Of a stretch of 15,067 nt of DNA, positions 1 to 10,072 are shown piece after piece (position 1 is the first letter of the stretch; the number at the start of each line of letters is the position of its first letter). The DNA lies in contig JANOTL010000093.1 of the NCBI GenBank assembly GCA_031416315.1, forward strand, positions 1 through 15,067, given 5' to 3'. The notes under the pieces were generated by a model, which searched no databases, was not told the DNA's origin, and was given only the letters and a program-made list of their open reading frames with translations. The translations under genes were made by a program, and so were the position numbers. Source of the stretch: Pseudomonadota bacterium (lineage in GTDB: Bacteria > Bdellovibrionota_B > Oligoflexia > Oligoflexales > CAIYRB01).

Positions 1-96
1 CCGCGCCCCGGGAAGAGCCGGTTCGCCGCCGCCAATCGCACCGACGCCCGCCGAGGAGGTCTCGGCGTCCGGGGAGGCGCTTCCCTGCCTAGGACA

Positions 97-172
97 TGGT
101 CCGCCCACAGGGACTTGAACCCCGAACCAAGGACTTATGAGGTCCCTGCTCTAACCATTGAGCTATGGGCGG
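97..172 (-). tRNA. tRNA with CAT anticodon, most likely tRNA-Ile2 (lysidine-modified); CCA end encoded
   Basis: Minus strand reads CCGCCCA TA GCTC AATGGTTA GAGC A GGGAC CTCATAA GTCCT TGGTT CGGGG TTCAAGT CCCTG TGGGCGG A CCA, a full 76-nt cloverleaf. The 1:72 position is paired and the anticodon stem lacks the G29-G30-G31 run, so it is not an initiator. C4/C5 in the acceptor stem and overall similarity favour Ile2 over elongator Met. Confidence 0.95.
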
Positions 173-180
173 ATCGTCCC

Positions 181-208
181 ATCTTACGAGCGATGCCGAC
201 AGGAGCAA
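181..208 (-). promoter_or_regulatory. sigma70-type promoter for the tRNA
   Basis: Minus strand TTGCTC-N16-TAAGAT, ending 8 nt upstream of tRNA position 1. Confidence 0.6.
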
Positions 209-377
209 CCTTTTTCGCCCAGAATCTCCGGAGCCATCGCCGGCTCCGCTGCGAAAGCGATCGAAACGGCGCCGCCCGCAAGAACCAAGGCGCCAGCTGT
301 CGATACGATTTTCATCTTCGCACCTCCACTCCCTTATCAGGTGCCACCGGAATGCAATTCTGATTCCGAAACGACGC

Positions 378-393
378 GGGCCCCGGATTTGCA
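378..393 (+). promoter_or_regulatory. candidate sigma54 (-24/-12) promoter of the rhodanese gene
   Basis: GGGCCCCGGATTTGCA: GG(379-380)-N10-GC(391-392) with TTGCA at -12. Confidence 0.45.
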
Positions 394-441
394 TCCAATT
401 TCTCCGCGACTCCGTCTGAACAAACAATGAGGACCCGACTC

Positions 442-861
442 ATGCAGCTTCCCCACGCCAGCCCAGAACAAGCCCTAGGCTACTTCCAAAACAAGCTTGC
501 CTTCACCGCGGGCCCCAAAGAAGTCGAGCGCATGATCGACGACGGCGATCCGATCACCATCGTCGACGTCCGCAAGCCGAAAGAATACGCGAAGGGCCAC
601 GTGCCGCATGCGCTGAGCATCCCAAAAGAGCACTGGACCTCTCCGGCAGCGCTCGAATCGCTCTACCGCAACAAGCTCAACGTCGTTTACTGCTACTCCG
701 CGGTCTGCCACTTGGCGGCAAACTTCTGCGCCGAGCTCGCGAGTCGCGGCTACCGTGTGATGGAGATGGAAGGCGGCATGGAAGCGTGGAAACAAAACGG
801 TCTCGACGTCGAGAAATCGTCACTGAAGCAAAGCACGAATTCCAGCGCCGTTCGAAACTAG
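442..861 (+). CDS. single-domain rhodanese-like sulfurtransferase
   Basis: IVDVR..EYAKGHVPHA, VVYCYSAVCHLA (catalytic Cys position) and MEGGMEAWK are rhodanese motifs. Start placed at 442 because GAGGA (429-433) lies 8 nt upstream; the alternative ATG is at 427. Confidence 0.9.
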   Translation: MQLPHASPEQALGYFQNKLAFTAGPKEVERMIDDGDPITIVDVRKPKEYAKGHVPHALSIPKEHWTSPAALESLYRNKLNVVYCYSAVCHLAANFCAELASRGYRVMEMEGGMEAWKQNGLDVEKSSLKQSTNSSAVRN

Positions 862-870
862 CCATACACG

Positions 871-893
871 AGAAAGGCGGAGCCCCCTCCGCC
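871..893 (-). terminator. hairpin between convergent rhodanese and sodC, probable (bidirectional) intrinsic terminator
   Basis: GGCGGAG-cccc-CTCCGCC at 876-893, followed by TTTCT on the minus strand. Confidence 0.55.
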
Positions 894-902
894 ATTCGCC
901 CT

Positions 903-1529
903 TCAATGCGACAGCGCCGTAACGTCACTCGTAATCACCACTCCACAAGCAATCCGTCCCCCCGCATTCCCCGCCGGCTGGCCGCTCAAATCATCGATCG
1001 TCTCGTGCACCACGATCGACCGCCCGATGAATGGACTCTCGACCGCCGCAATCCCGGGATGATCCCCATCCCGTAGCGTCAAGCGCAGCTCCCCACGCCC
1101 ACTTTTGTCCACTCGGATATTCCCCAGATCCCCCGCGTGCACTCCCGAATGATTTGGCTCGCCATGGCGCCGACTCCCTTCGGGATCAAAATGATCGCCC
1201 GCGCTACTCGCATCGGAAGCACTACAGTCGCCGAATTCATGCACATGAATCCCATGCTGCCCTGGACGAGCGCCGCGCAAGGTCGCAAGCACGTCGACCG
1301 TCCGCCCGACCTTGCGAAATTCGACCCGGCCCGTCACGCCCGACCCGCCGACGCCCTGCAGCTCCGCGAAACCAAACAGCGTCGCGCGAGATTCGCCTTC
1401 CTGATTCGGTGGGAGCTCCACGTCCGCGCCATCATTGCCGCGCCGCGGATCGTCCGGCGTCAGGGCATACGAATTGGCCGCCGCGCCCGTAAAAAACGCC
1501 GCCACCCCGACGTACAGAAGAGCTTTCAC
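903..1529 (-). CDS. sodC: exported Cu/Zn superoxide dismutase
   Basis: Motifs HGIHVHEFGDC, AGDHFDP, RHG, HAGDLGNI, IVVHE and GNAGGRIACGV supply the Cu/Zn ligands, catalytic Arg and disulfide Cys. GTG start at 1529 follows GGAGG; Sec-type signal peptide MKALLYVGVAAFFTGAAANSYA. Confidence 0.93.
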   Translation of the reverse strand: MKALLYVGVAAFFTGAAANSYALTPDDPRRGNDGADVELPPNQEGESRATLFGFAELQGVGGSGVTGRVEFRKVGRTVDVLATLRGARPGQHGIHVHEFGDCSASDASSAGDHFDPEGSRRHGEPNHSGVHAGDLGNIRVDKSGRGELRLTLRDGDHPGIAAVESPFIGRSIVVHETIDDLSGQPAGNAGGRIACGVVITSDVTALSH

Positions 1530-1579
1530 GTTGATTCCTCCATCTCGGTTGTTCGCGCCAACAAACCCCTGATCCCGAA

Positions 1580-1595
1580 TGCAAAACCGGATCCG
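1580..1595 (-). promoter_or_regulatory. candidate sigma54 (-24/-12) promoter of sodC
   Basis: Minus strand CGGATCCGGTTTTGCA is GG-N10-GC with TTGCA, 50 nt upstream of the start codon. Confidence 0.45.
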
Positions 1596-1732
1596 CGCCC
1601 CCGCCACGAACGCTAACTGGCCGGCCAAGGCTTCAAACCTCGTGCACGTTTCTGTATCTCTCGAGCGTCGCCCCTCCCCGCGACGCCGAACGATCCGCCA
1701 AAAATCGCAATCAACCCACAGAGACGAACCCG

Positions 1733-2278
1733 ATGAAAACCATCCTCAGCACCCTCGCCCTCTTGACCCTCGCGACCCCCGCCTTCGCGCGCGTCATGCC
1801 ACCCCCGCCGGCCAAAGCCGTCGCGTCGATCGACTTCAATCTGAAATCCACCGAAGGCTTCCGCTCCGGCGTCATCACGCTCGACGACGCGGGCATGGCG
1901 AAAATCGACGTTTACACGAGCTCCTGGGACGCGCCCCGCACCCACGTCCAGTCCAAGACGATCAAGCTGAAGCGAGACGTCGCCGCCTCCTTGCTCCAAG
2001 ACGCGCAAGGGGTCGCCGACGCCGAGATCGAAGTCACGACGCACGAATTCGTCTGCATGCTCTTCGCCCCCTTCATGGGCGCGCTCGGCGACCTGAAAGT
2101 GGCCCAAGACTACGACTACGACACGCAAAAATTCACGGGCGAGCTCGAGACCGCGCTCTCCGGCAGCGGCTGCTGGCGCGTCCAGACCTCGGCCCCGAAA
2201 GAACTGTACGCCCGCGACCTCGCCTTCACCCTCAAAGGCAAACTGGAAGTCATCGGCCTCGACGCCGTCTCCAAGTAA
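1733..2278 (+). CDS. hypothetical secreted protein (181 aa)
   Basis: Clear signal peptide MKTILSTLALLTLATPAFA, strong G/C third-position bias, two Cys that could form a disulfide; no family recognised. Confidence 0.85.
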   Translation: MKTILSTLALLTLATPAFARVMPPPPAKAVASIDFNLKSTEGFRSGVITLDDAGMAKIDVYTSSWDAPRTHVQSKTIKLKRDVAASLLQDAQGVADAEIEVTTHEFVCMLFAPFMGALGDLKVAQDYDYDTQKFTGELETALSGSGCWRVQTSAPKELYARDLAFTLKGKLEVIGLDAVSK

Positions 2279-2301
2279 TTCGTTTAGCCCCCGGCCCCCT
2301 T

Positions 2302-2338
2302 ACCGCAGCCCGCGTCCCCCCTTGGCGCCGGCTGCGGT
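2302..2338. other. stem-loop downstream of the secreted-protein gene
   Basis: ACCGCAGCC (2302-2310) and GGCTGCGGT (2330-2338) form a perfect 9-bp inverted repeat with no U-tract. Confidence 0.4.
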
Positions 2339-2451
2339 CCTCGCTTCAGGCAAACCCCTGATCTCCCCGCATGTTTACCGAGTTCAATCAGGATTTCTGA
2401 CATAGCGGACGAAAGCTCTCCTAAGGCATTCCAGGGGGCTCCCTATGTGAC

Positions 2452-2646
2452 CTAGCCTGGAACGAGGATCAGAACTGGTTCAGCGGTCTGCTCGCCATTG
2501 CCCAGCGCGAGAGCCGCCATCACTTGGCATTGGGCCACAAATTCTTCACGCTGCTCGTCGTTCCTGAGGCGAGCCCCATCATCGGAGCCGCAGTCGAGCA
2601 GACGAAGGTTCCTGGGATCTTCTGGTCTCCTTGCAAAGAAATTCAC
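2452..2646 (-). CDS. possible small protein (64 aa), unknown function
   Basis: GTG start preceded by AGGA; fills an otherwise empty interval; codon bias is weaker than in neighbouring genes. Confidence 0.4.
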   Translation of the reverse strand: MNFFARRPEDPRNLRLLDCGSDDGARLRNDEQREEFVAQCQVMAALALGNGEQTAEPVLILVPG

Positions 2647-2751
2647 GAGTTCCTACGCTGAAGGAACTCTTTCCCCCCGCAAAACCCGCACATACGCGCC
2701 GAACCTAACGCTGAGGCGTTGAATCTCTGAGGCGCCGAAAAGCCGACCGGC

Positions 2752-2779
2752 AAAAAAAAAGACCGCCCGACGGCGGTCT
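2752..2779 (-). terminator. rho-independent terminator of rpoD
   Basis: Minus strand AGACCGCC-gtcg-GGCGGTCT running into a T9 tract, about 20 nt after the rpoD stop. Confidence 0.9.
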
Positions 2780-2800
2780 CTTCTTCAATGTCTCGTTCTT

Positions 2801-5203
<2,403 letters not shown>

Positions 5204-5345
5204 GCGCTTGATCTCACCCCGCTTGGTGCCTGAATTTCAGGGCGCGAAAAGCCACGCTCAGTGGAGCAGCAGCAGTTTGCAGAAGTCCCCATTAGATAAT
5301 GAATAAGGGGGTGGCCGTCCAGCCTGAACTGGCGAAAAGGCTGAC

Positions 5346-7214
5346 TTATCTGCTCTTCGCCAGAGCTTGGATCGCCGCGACCACGCGCTGAACCTCCTCG
5401 CGAGCGTCGGGCATGGCCGCCAGGCGATGAAGTTCAGCTTTTAAATCAGATATTTGCGCCTTGACCCGGCGCTCATGAAAGGCGGCCATGACGCTTTGGA
5501 GCCGGACCGCCCGGTCGCCGCCGGCAAAGGCCGGCTCGGCCTTCCGCAGGCGGTCGATGAGCGTCATGATCACCGGCTCGGCCGCCGCGACGAAGCTGTC
5601 GGGGGCCTCGTCGGCCGGCCGGAGGCCCCGCTCGAGCCGACCCAGGATCTCCTGGAGGAAGAGGGTGTGCGCGTCGTCTAGCTCCAGATCCTTTCGCGCG
5701 AAGGTCGCGAGCACCGTCGTGTCGGCCTCGGCTGGCGCGGCGAAATAGACCTGCCCGAAGAAGCCGAGCGTCGCCGGGTCGAGCGGCTTCACCGCTTGCA
5801 CGGCGCGAGCGCCGCCGACGCCTTCCACGGGACCGCGAGCTCGCTCGATTGCCGCCTGATTGCGGGCGACCTTCTGCGCATCGCCGACCATCGCGAGCGC
5901 CGCTGCGAGCGGTCCTTCGATCTGTTGCGCCGGAACGCCGATCAGAAACGACAAGCGATGCAAGATCGTGCCGCGCTGGATGCGGTCGCCGATGCGCGCG
6001 AGCCAAGGGACGATCTCGCCCGAGACGAGCTCGGGGATCGCCAGCCGATGCGTCGTCCGCAGGCGCTCCGACACCGCGAAATCCAGAAGATCCTGCGCCT
6101 TCGCGAGCACCTCGCTCAAGGCCTCGGCCCCGTGCTTCAGGACGAAGCTGTCGGGATCCTCGCCCTGCGGCAAGGCGACGGCCTTGATATGGATCTCCGG
6201 AATCGTCAGCGCGACGCTCACCGCGGCGAGCGTCGCGCGCTGGCCCGCGGCGTCGCCGTCGAAGAGCAGGATCACCTGCGACGTCGCGTTCTTCAGAAGC
6301 TTCAGGTGCTGCTCGGTGAGCGCCGTGCCTAAACAAGCGACCGTTTCCGGAAAGCCCTGCTGCCTGAGCATCAAGGCGTCCATGTAGCCCTCGACGACGA
6401 TCGCGCGCTGCTTCTCGCGCATCACCGTGCGCGCCTTGTCGAAGCCGAAGAGCGTGCGCGACTTGTCGAAAAGCGCGGTGTCTCTGCTGTTCAGGTACTT
6501 CGGCTGCGCATCGCCCAGCGCGCGAGCGCCGAAGGCGATGACCCGGCCCTGCGCGTCGTGGATCGGCAAAGTCAGGCGCTGGCGGAAGAAATCGTAGGGC
6601 CGTCCGGTGTTCGCCGAGCTCGTCGACAGGGCTACGGTAATCAGGTCTTCCTCGCGGAAACCCTTGTTCCTGAGGTGCTTCGTCAGGCCAAAGGGCTCGG
6701 GCGGCGTGGCGCCGAAGCCGAAGTCCTTCAAGCTTTCCGCATTGAACCCGCGGCGCAAGAGGTACTCGCGCGCGGGCTGGCCGTCCGCCTTCTCGAGCTG
6801 CGTCTGATAGAAGAGCTGCGCCTCGCCCATGATCTGGTGCAGGGATGCGTCCTGGCGCAGCCGCGACATCCGCCCCTTCGACTCGTCGAGTTCCGGCGTC
6901 TCGACGCCGAACTTCGCGGCGAGCCAACGCAGCGCCTCGACGAAGCCCAGGCCCTGCTTCTCGCGCACCCAGTGAATGGCGTCGCCGTGGACCTTGCAGC
7001 CGAAGCAGTAGTAGTGGTCGTCGTAGAGATAGAAGCTCGCCGACTTCTCCGCGTGGAACGGGCAGCAGGCGGCGAGCTTCCCGGAGCGCGGCATGAGCTG
7101 CACCGTCTCGCTAAGAAGCTCCTGGAGGTCCACGCGCGTGAGAATCCGGCGCTTCACCTCGTCAAGGGAGTCGCGGGAGGAATCGCGGTGGGAGTCGGTG
7201 GTAGGGCGGGCCAT
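5346..7214 (-). CDS. dnaG: DNA primase
   Basis: CHC2 zinc finger CPFHAEKSASF..YYCFGC, FGARAL..PKYLNS, TOPRIM motifs VEGYMD and LFDGDAAG, EDPDSFV. Confidence 0.97.
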   Translation of the reverse strand: MARPTTDSHRDSSRDSLDEVKRRILTRVDLQELLSETVQLMPRSGKLAACCPFHAEKSASFYLYDDHYYCFGCKVHGDAIHWVREKQGLGFVEALRWLAAKFGVETPELDESKGRMSRLRQDASLHQIMGEAQLFYQTQLEKADGQPAREYLLRRGFNAESLKDFGFGATPPEPFGLTKHLRNKGFREEDLITVALSTSSANTGRPYDFFRQRLTLPIHDAQGRVIAFGARALGDAQPKYLNSRDTALFDKSRTLFGFDKARTVMREKQRAIVVEGYMDALMLRQQGFPETVACLGTALTEQHLKLLKNATSQVILLFDGDAAGQRATLAAVSVALTIPEIHIKAVALPQGEDPDSFVLKHGAEALSEVLAKAQDLLDFAVSERLRTTHRLAIPELVSGEIVPWLARIGDRIQRGTILHRLSFLIGVPAQQIEGPLAAALAMVGDAQKVARNQAAIERARGPVEGVGGARAVQAVKPLDPATLGFFGQVYFAAPAEADTTVLATFARKDLELDDAHTLFLQEILGRLERGLRPADEAPDSFVAAAEPVIMTLIDRLRKAEPAFAGGDRAVRLQSVMAAFHERRVKAQISDLKAELHRLAAMPDAREEVQRVVAAIQALAKSR

Positions 7215-7222
7215 CGCCCGCG

Positions 7223-7251
7223 AGACTACGCTACCGGCAAAAGAACCGCAA
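7223..7251 (-). promoter_or_regulatory. sigma70-type promoter directly upstream of dnaG
   Basis: Minus strand TTGCGG-N17-TAGTCT-N8-ATG, with no Shine-Dalgarno. Confidence 0.55.
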
Positions 7252-7271
7252 AGCCGCGAGGCGCCCGGCCT

Positions 7272-8363
7272 TCACTCCGTCAACCGCTTCGACAGCTTAT
7301 CCCCGAAATCACACAAATTCTTGATGTTCGCCATCAGCATGTACTCCGGCTGATTCGGCGCATCCTTCCGCCCCTGCACGACCGCCACGAACCGATGCTG
7401 CCGCGGCTGCTTGCACAGGTTCTTCGGGTCCTCCTCGTCATCGGTCTCGGTGACCGAGGCAGCGGCGACGAAGGTGACCTGGGAATTCTTCGAATAGCTC
7501 TTGAAGCTGGGACCGAGCTCCTTGATGAGCTGCTGCACCAGCTTCGGCGTCGAGATCGCTTTCTGGTCCTGCTTGTAATACGTGATGCCGAAGTAGGGGA
7601 CGACCGAGCTCGACTGCGTATCCAGCAGGTAATACGCGGAGATGCCGCCGAAGGTCTCGCCGAGCTCGGCGTCGAAGTCGCAGCTCGCCGACGGGAAGAA
7701 GACGACGCCCGACGACTCCTTGGGATCGCCGAAGACGCGTCCGAAGCCGGCGACGTCGACGCCCTTCGGGCCGGGCTTGGTGAATTTCAGGGTCTTCAAG
7801 AGGGCCGTGCCCTTCTGGTCGGCCAGGCCGGTGAACATCCGGGGGTGGTTGCCAAAGAGGAAGTACTGAGCATCTTTGGGACTTCTGGCGACACCCTGCA
7901 GCTTCTCGCAGTCGAAGTTCGGCGGGTTCAGGCTGGCCGCGGGCACCTGCTTGTTCATCCCGATCCCGGCGAAGTAGATCTGGCCGCTCTCGACGAAGAT
8001 CGGCGTCGGGTTGTTCGGGTCGAAGGAGGCCGCGAGGAGGTAGCGCTTGCACTGCTCGATCGTCTCGTCGGGCGACACGTTCTTCGTCTCGGCGCTTTTG
8101 ATTGCCGACTTCTTGCAGCTGATGTAGAGGCTCGCGCCTGGGAAGTTTTCCTTGCAGGTATTGAGCATCACCTCGAATTTCTTCTTGGTGACCGCGCCGT
8201 TCTTCAGCTGGCCGAGGGCCTCCTTGCGGCAGTTCTCGAAGCTCTTGCGCGACTTCTTGATCTGCTTCACTTTGGCTGGCGTCAGCTTCACTTTCTTGGC
8301 ATAGGCCGGCGCCGCGGAGAGGGCGCAGATGAGGCCGAGGAAGACGAAGGCCCGGGTGAGCAT
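7272..8363 (-). CDS. hypothetical secreted, Lys-rich protein with multiple Cys (363 aa)
   Basis: Signal peptide MLTRAFVFLGLICALSAAPAYA, strong codon bias, eight Cys in the mature part; no family recognised. Confidence 0.88.
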   Translation of the reverse strand: MLTRAFVFLGLICALSAAPAYAKKVKLTPAKVKQIKKSRKSFENCRKEALGQLKNGAVTKKKFEVMLNTCKENFPGASLYISCKKSAIKSAETKNVSPDETIEQCKRYLLAASFDPNNPTPIFVESGQIYFAGIGMNKQVPAASLNPPNFDCEKLQGVARSPKDAQYFLFGNHPRMFTGLADQKGTALLKTLKFTKPGPKGVDVAGFGRVFGDPKESSGVVFFPSASCDFDAELGETFGGISAYYLLDTQSSSVVPYFGITYYKQDQKAISTPKLVQQLIKELGPSFKSYSKNSQVTFVAAASVTETDDEEDPKNLCKQPRQHRFVAVVQGRKDAPNQPEYMLMANIKNLCDFGDKLSKRLTE

Positions 8364-8457
8364 GCGGATCTGTCCCTTGCGTCCGTAGCGTAGTATCGAG
8401 TTATATAACGAATCTTAAACGACTTTCAGCCGGATTGTCCATCCACGGGAGCCAATT

Positions 8458-8952
8458 GTGCCGTCCTTCGACGTGGTCTCCGAGCTCGACCTGATGGAGG
8501 TCGAGAACGCCGTCAACCAGACCCAAAAAGAGATCGGGACCCGCTTCGACTTCAAGGGCGGCAAGTCCGAGGTCTCTTTGGAAAAGGAAGCCAAAAAGAT
8601 CAAGATCATCGCCGACGACGACATGAAGCTCCGCTCGATCCACCAGATCCTTTCGAGCAAGATGGCGAAGCGGAATATCGACCTGCGCGCCATCAAGTAC
8701 GGCAAGGAGGAGCAGGCCTCGGGCAACCTGATCCGCCAGCACATCGAGCTGAAGTCGGGCCTCGACAAGGAGGCGGCCAAAGAGGTCACCAAGCTGATCA
8801 AGGACTCGAAGCTGAAAGTCTCGTCCCAGGTCCAGGACGAGCAAGTGCGGGTTACCAGCAAGAGCATCGACGAGCTCCAGGAGGTGATCCGGCTCTTGCG
8901 GGGCGCCGAGCTCTCGTTCGCGGTGCAGTTCGTCAATATGCGGAGCACGTAA
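8458..8952 (+). CDS. yajQ: YajQ-family nucleotide/c-di-GMP-binding protein
   Basis: MPSFDVVSE..EVENAVNQ..EI.TRFDFKG and KLKV..QVQDEQVRVT.K..DELQEVI..QF.N.R; GGGAG RBS before the GTG start. Confidence 0.96.
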   Translation: MPSFDVVSELDLMEVENAVNQTQKEIGTRFDFKGGKSEVSLEKEAKKIKIIADDDMKLRSIHQILSSKMAKRNIDLRAIKYGKEEQASGNLIRQHIELKSGLDKEAAKEVTKLIKDSKLKVSSQVQDEQVRVTSKSIDELQEVIRLLRGAELSFAVQFVNMRST

Positions 8953-10070
8953 TGGGTTTCAACTGCGGCATCGTCGGCCTGCCCAACGTCGGCAAGTCCA
9001 CCATCTTCAACGCGCTGACGGCCGCCGGGGCCCTCGCCGCCAACTACCCGTTCGCCACCATCGACCCGAACGTAGGCCGCGTCGAGGTCCCCGACCCGCG
9101 CATGACCCAGATCTGCACGGTCGTGAAGACCCTGAAGGTGATCCCGGCGACCATGGAGTTCGTAGACATCGCCGGCCTCGTGCGCGGCGCCTCGCAGGGG
9201 GAGGGCTTGGGCAACCAGTTCCTCGGCCACATCCGCTCGACCGACGCGATCGTGAACGTCGTGCGTTGCTTCGAGGACGGGGACATCACCCACGTCGAGG
9301 GCTCGGTCAACCCGGTACGCGACATCGAGACGATCCACGCGGAGCTCGTCTACGCCGACGCCTCGACGGTGGCGAAGGCGCTCGACCGCTACCGGAAGCT
9401 CACCAAATCCGGGAAAAAAGACATCATCCAGACGGTCTTGATGCTGGAAGCGCTCGACGCCCAGCTGCAGCAGCTGAAGCCGGCGCGCGGCTTCAAATGG
9501 GAAGAGTTCGTGGGCGACATGCCCGAGGTCGGCGACGCTTGGCGCGATCTCCACCTTTTGACGGCGAAGCCCGCGATTTACTGCTGCAACGTCGACGAGT
9601 CCCTGGCCCACGGCAAGGACGACAACGACCACACGCGCGCGGTGAAGGCGCACGCGAAGAAGGAAGGCGCGCGCGTCGTCATGATCTGCGGGAAGCTCGA
9701 GGAGGAGCTCTCGACGATGGACGAAGCGAGTCGGAAAGAAATGATCGACGGCCTAGGCATGGCCGAGCCGGGCCTGAATTCCTTGATCCGTGAGGGTTAT
9801 GCGACCCTGAACCTGATGACCTACTTCACCGCGGGCGAGAAAGAAGTACGCGCGTGGACGATCCACGCGGGCGACAAGGCGCCGGCTGCGGCCGGAAAAA
9901 TCCACTCGGATTTCGAGAAGGGCTTCATCCGCGCCGAGGTGTACTCGATCCCGGATCTCTTGAAGGCCGGGAGCAAGGCGAAGCTGAAGGACCTGGGGCA
10001 GCTGCGCAGCGAGGGCAAGGACTACGTCGTGCAGGACGGCGATGTCATGGAATTCCGCTTTAACGTCTGA
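8952..10070 (+). CDS. ychF: redox-regulated ribosome-binding ATPase YchF (Obg family)
   Basis: GIVGLPNVGKST, ANYPFATIDPN, DIAGLVRGASQGEGLGNQFL and C-terminal TGS domain (YFTAGEKEVRAWT..GKIHSDFEKGFIRAE). TAATG stop/start overlap with yajQ. Confidence 0.98.
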   Translation: MGFNCGIVGLPNVGKSTIFNALTAAGALAANYPFATIDPNVGRVEVPDPRMTQICTVVKTLKVIPATMEFVDIAGLVRGASQGEGLGNQFLGHIRSTDAIVNVVRCFEDGDITHVEGSVNPVRDIETIHAELVYADASTVAKALDRYRKLTKSGKKDIIQTVLMLEALDAQLQQLKPARGFKWEEFVGDMPEVGDAWRDLHLLTAKPAIYCCNVDESLAHGKDDNDHTRAVKAHAKKEGARVVMICGKLEEELSTMDEASRKEMIDGLGMAEPGLNSLIREGYATLNLMTYFTAGEKEVRAWTIHAGDKAPAAAGKIHSDFEKGFIRAEVYSIPDLLKAGSKAKLKDLGQLRSEGKDYVVQDGDVMEFRFNV

Positions 10071-10072
10071 GA

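Noticed and set aside
49..67. Hairpin CGCCGAG-gaggt-CTCGGCG downstream of the tRNA
   Set aside because: No U-tract and the context is cut by the window edge, so no function can be assigned
97..172. tRNA as initiator Met, or as an integration site
   Set aside because: C1:G72 is paired and the initiator anticodon-stem signature is absent; no duplicated tRNA 3' end or integrase is seen in the window
89..430. Several short overlapping ORFs around the tRNA
   Set aside because: They overlap the tRNA and its promoter and show no codon bias or motifs
2397..2441. Hammerhead-like CTGA..GAAA..TC arrangement
   Set aside because: The core reads CUGACAU rather than CUGANGA and there is no convincing stem II
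6558..8393. 611-aa plus-strand ORF
   Set aside because: Antisense shadow of dnaG and the 363-aa gene; typical of high-GC3 coding DNA, with no motifs
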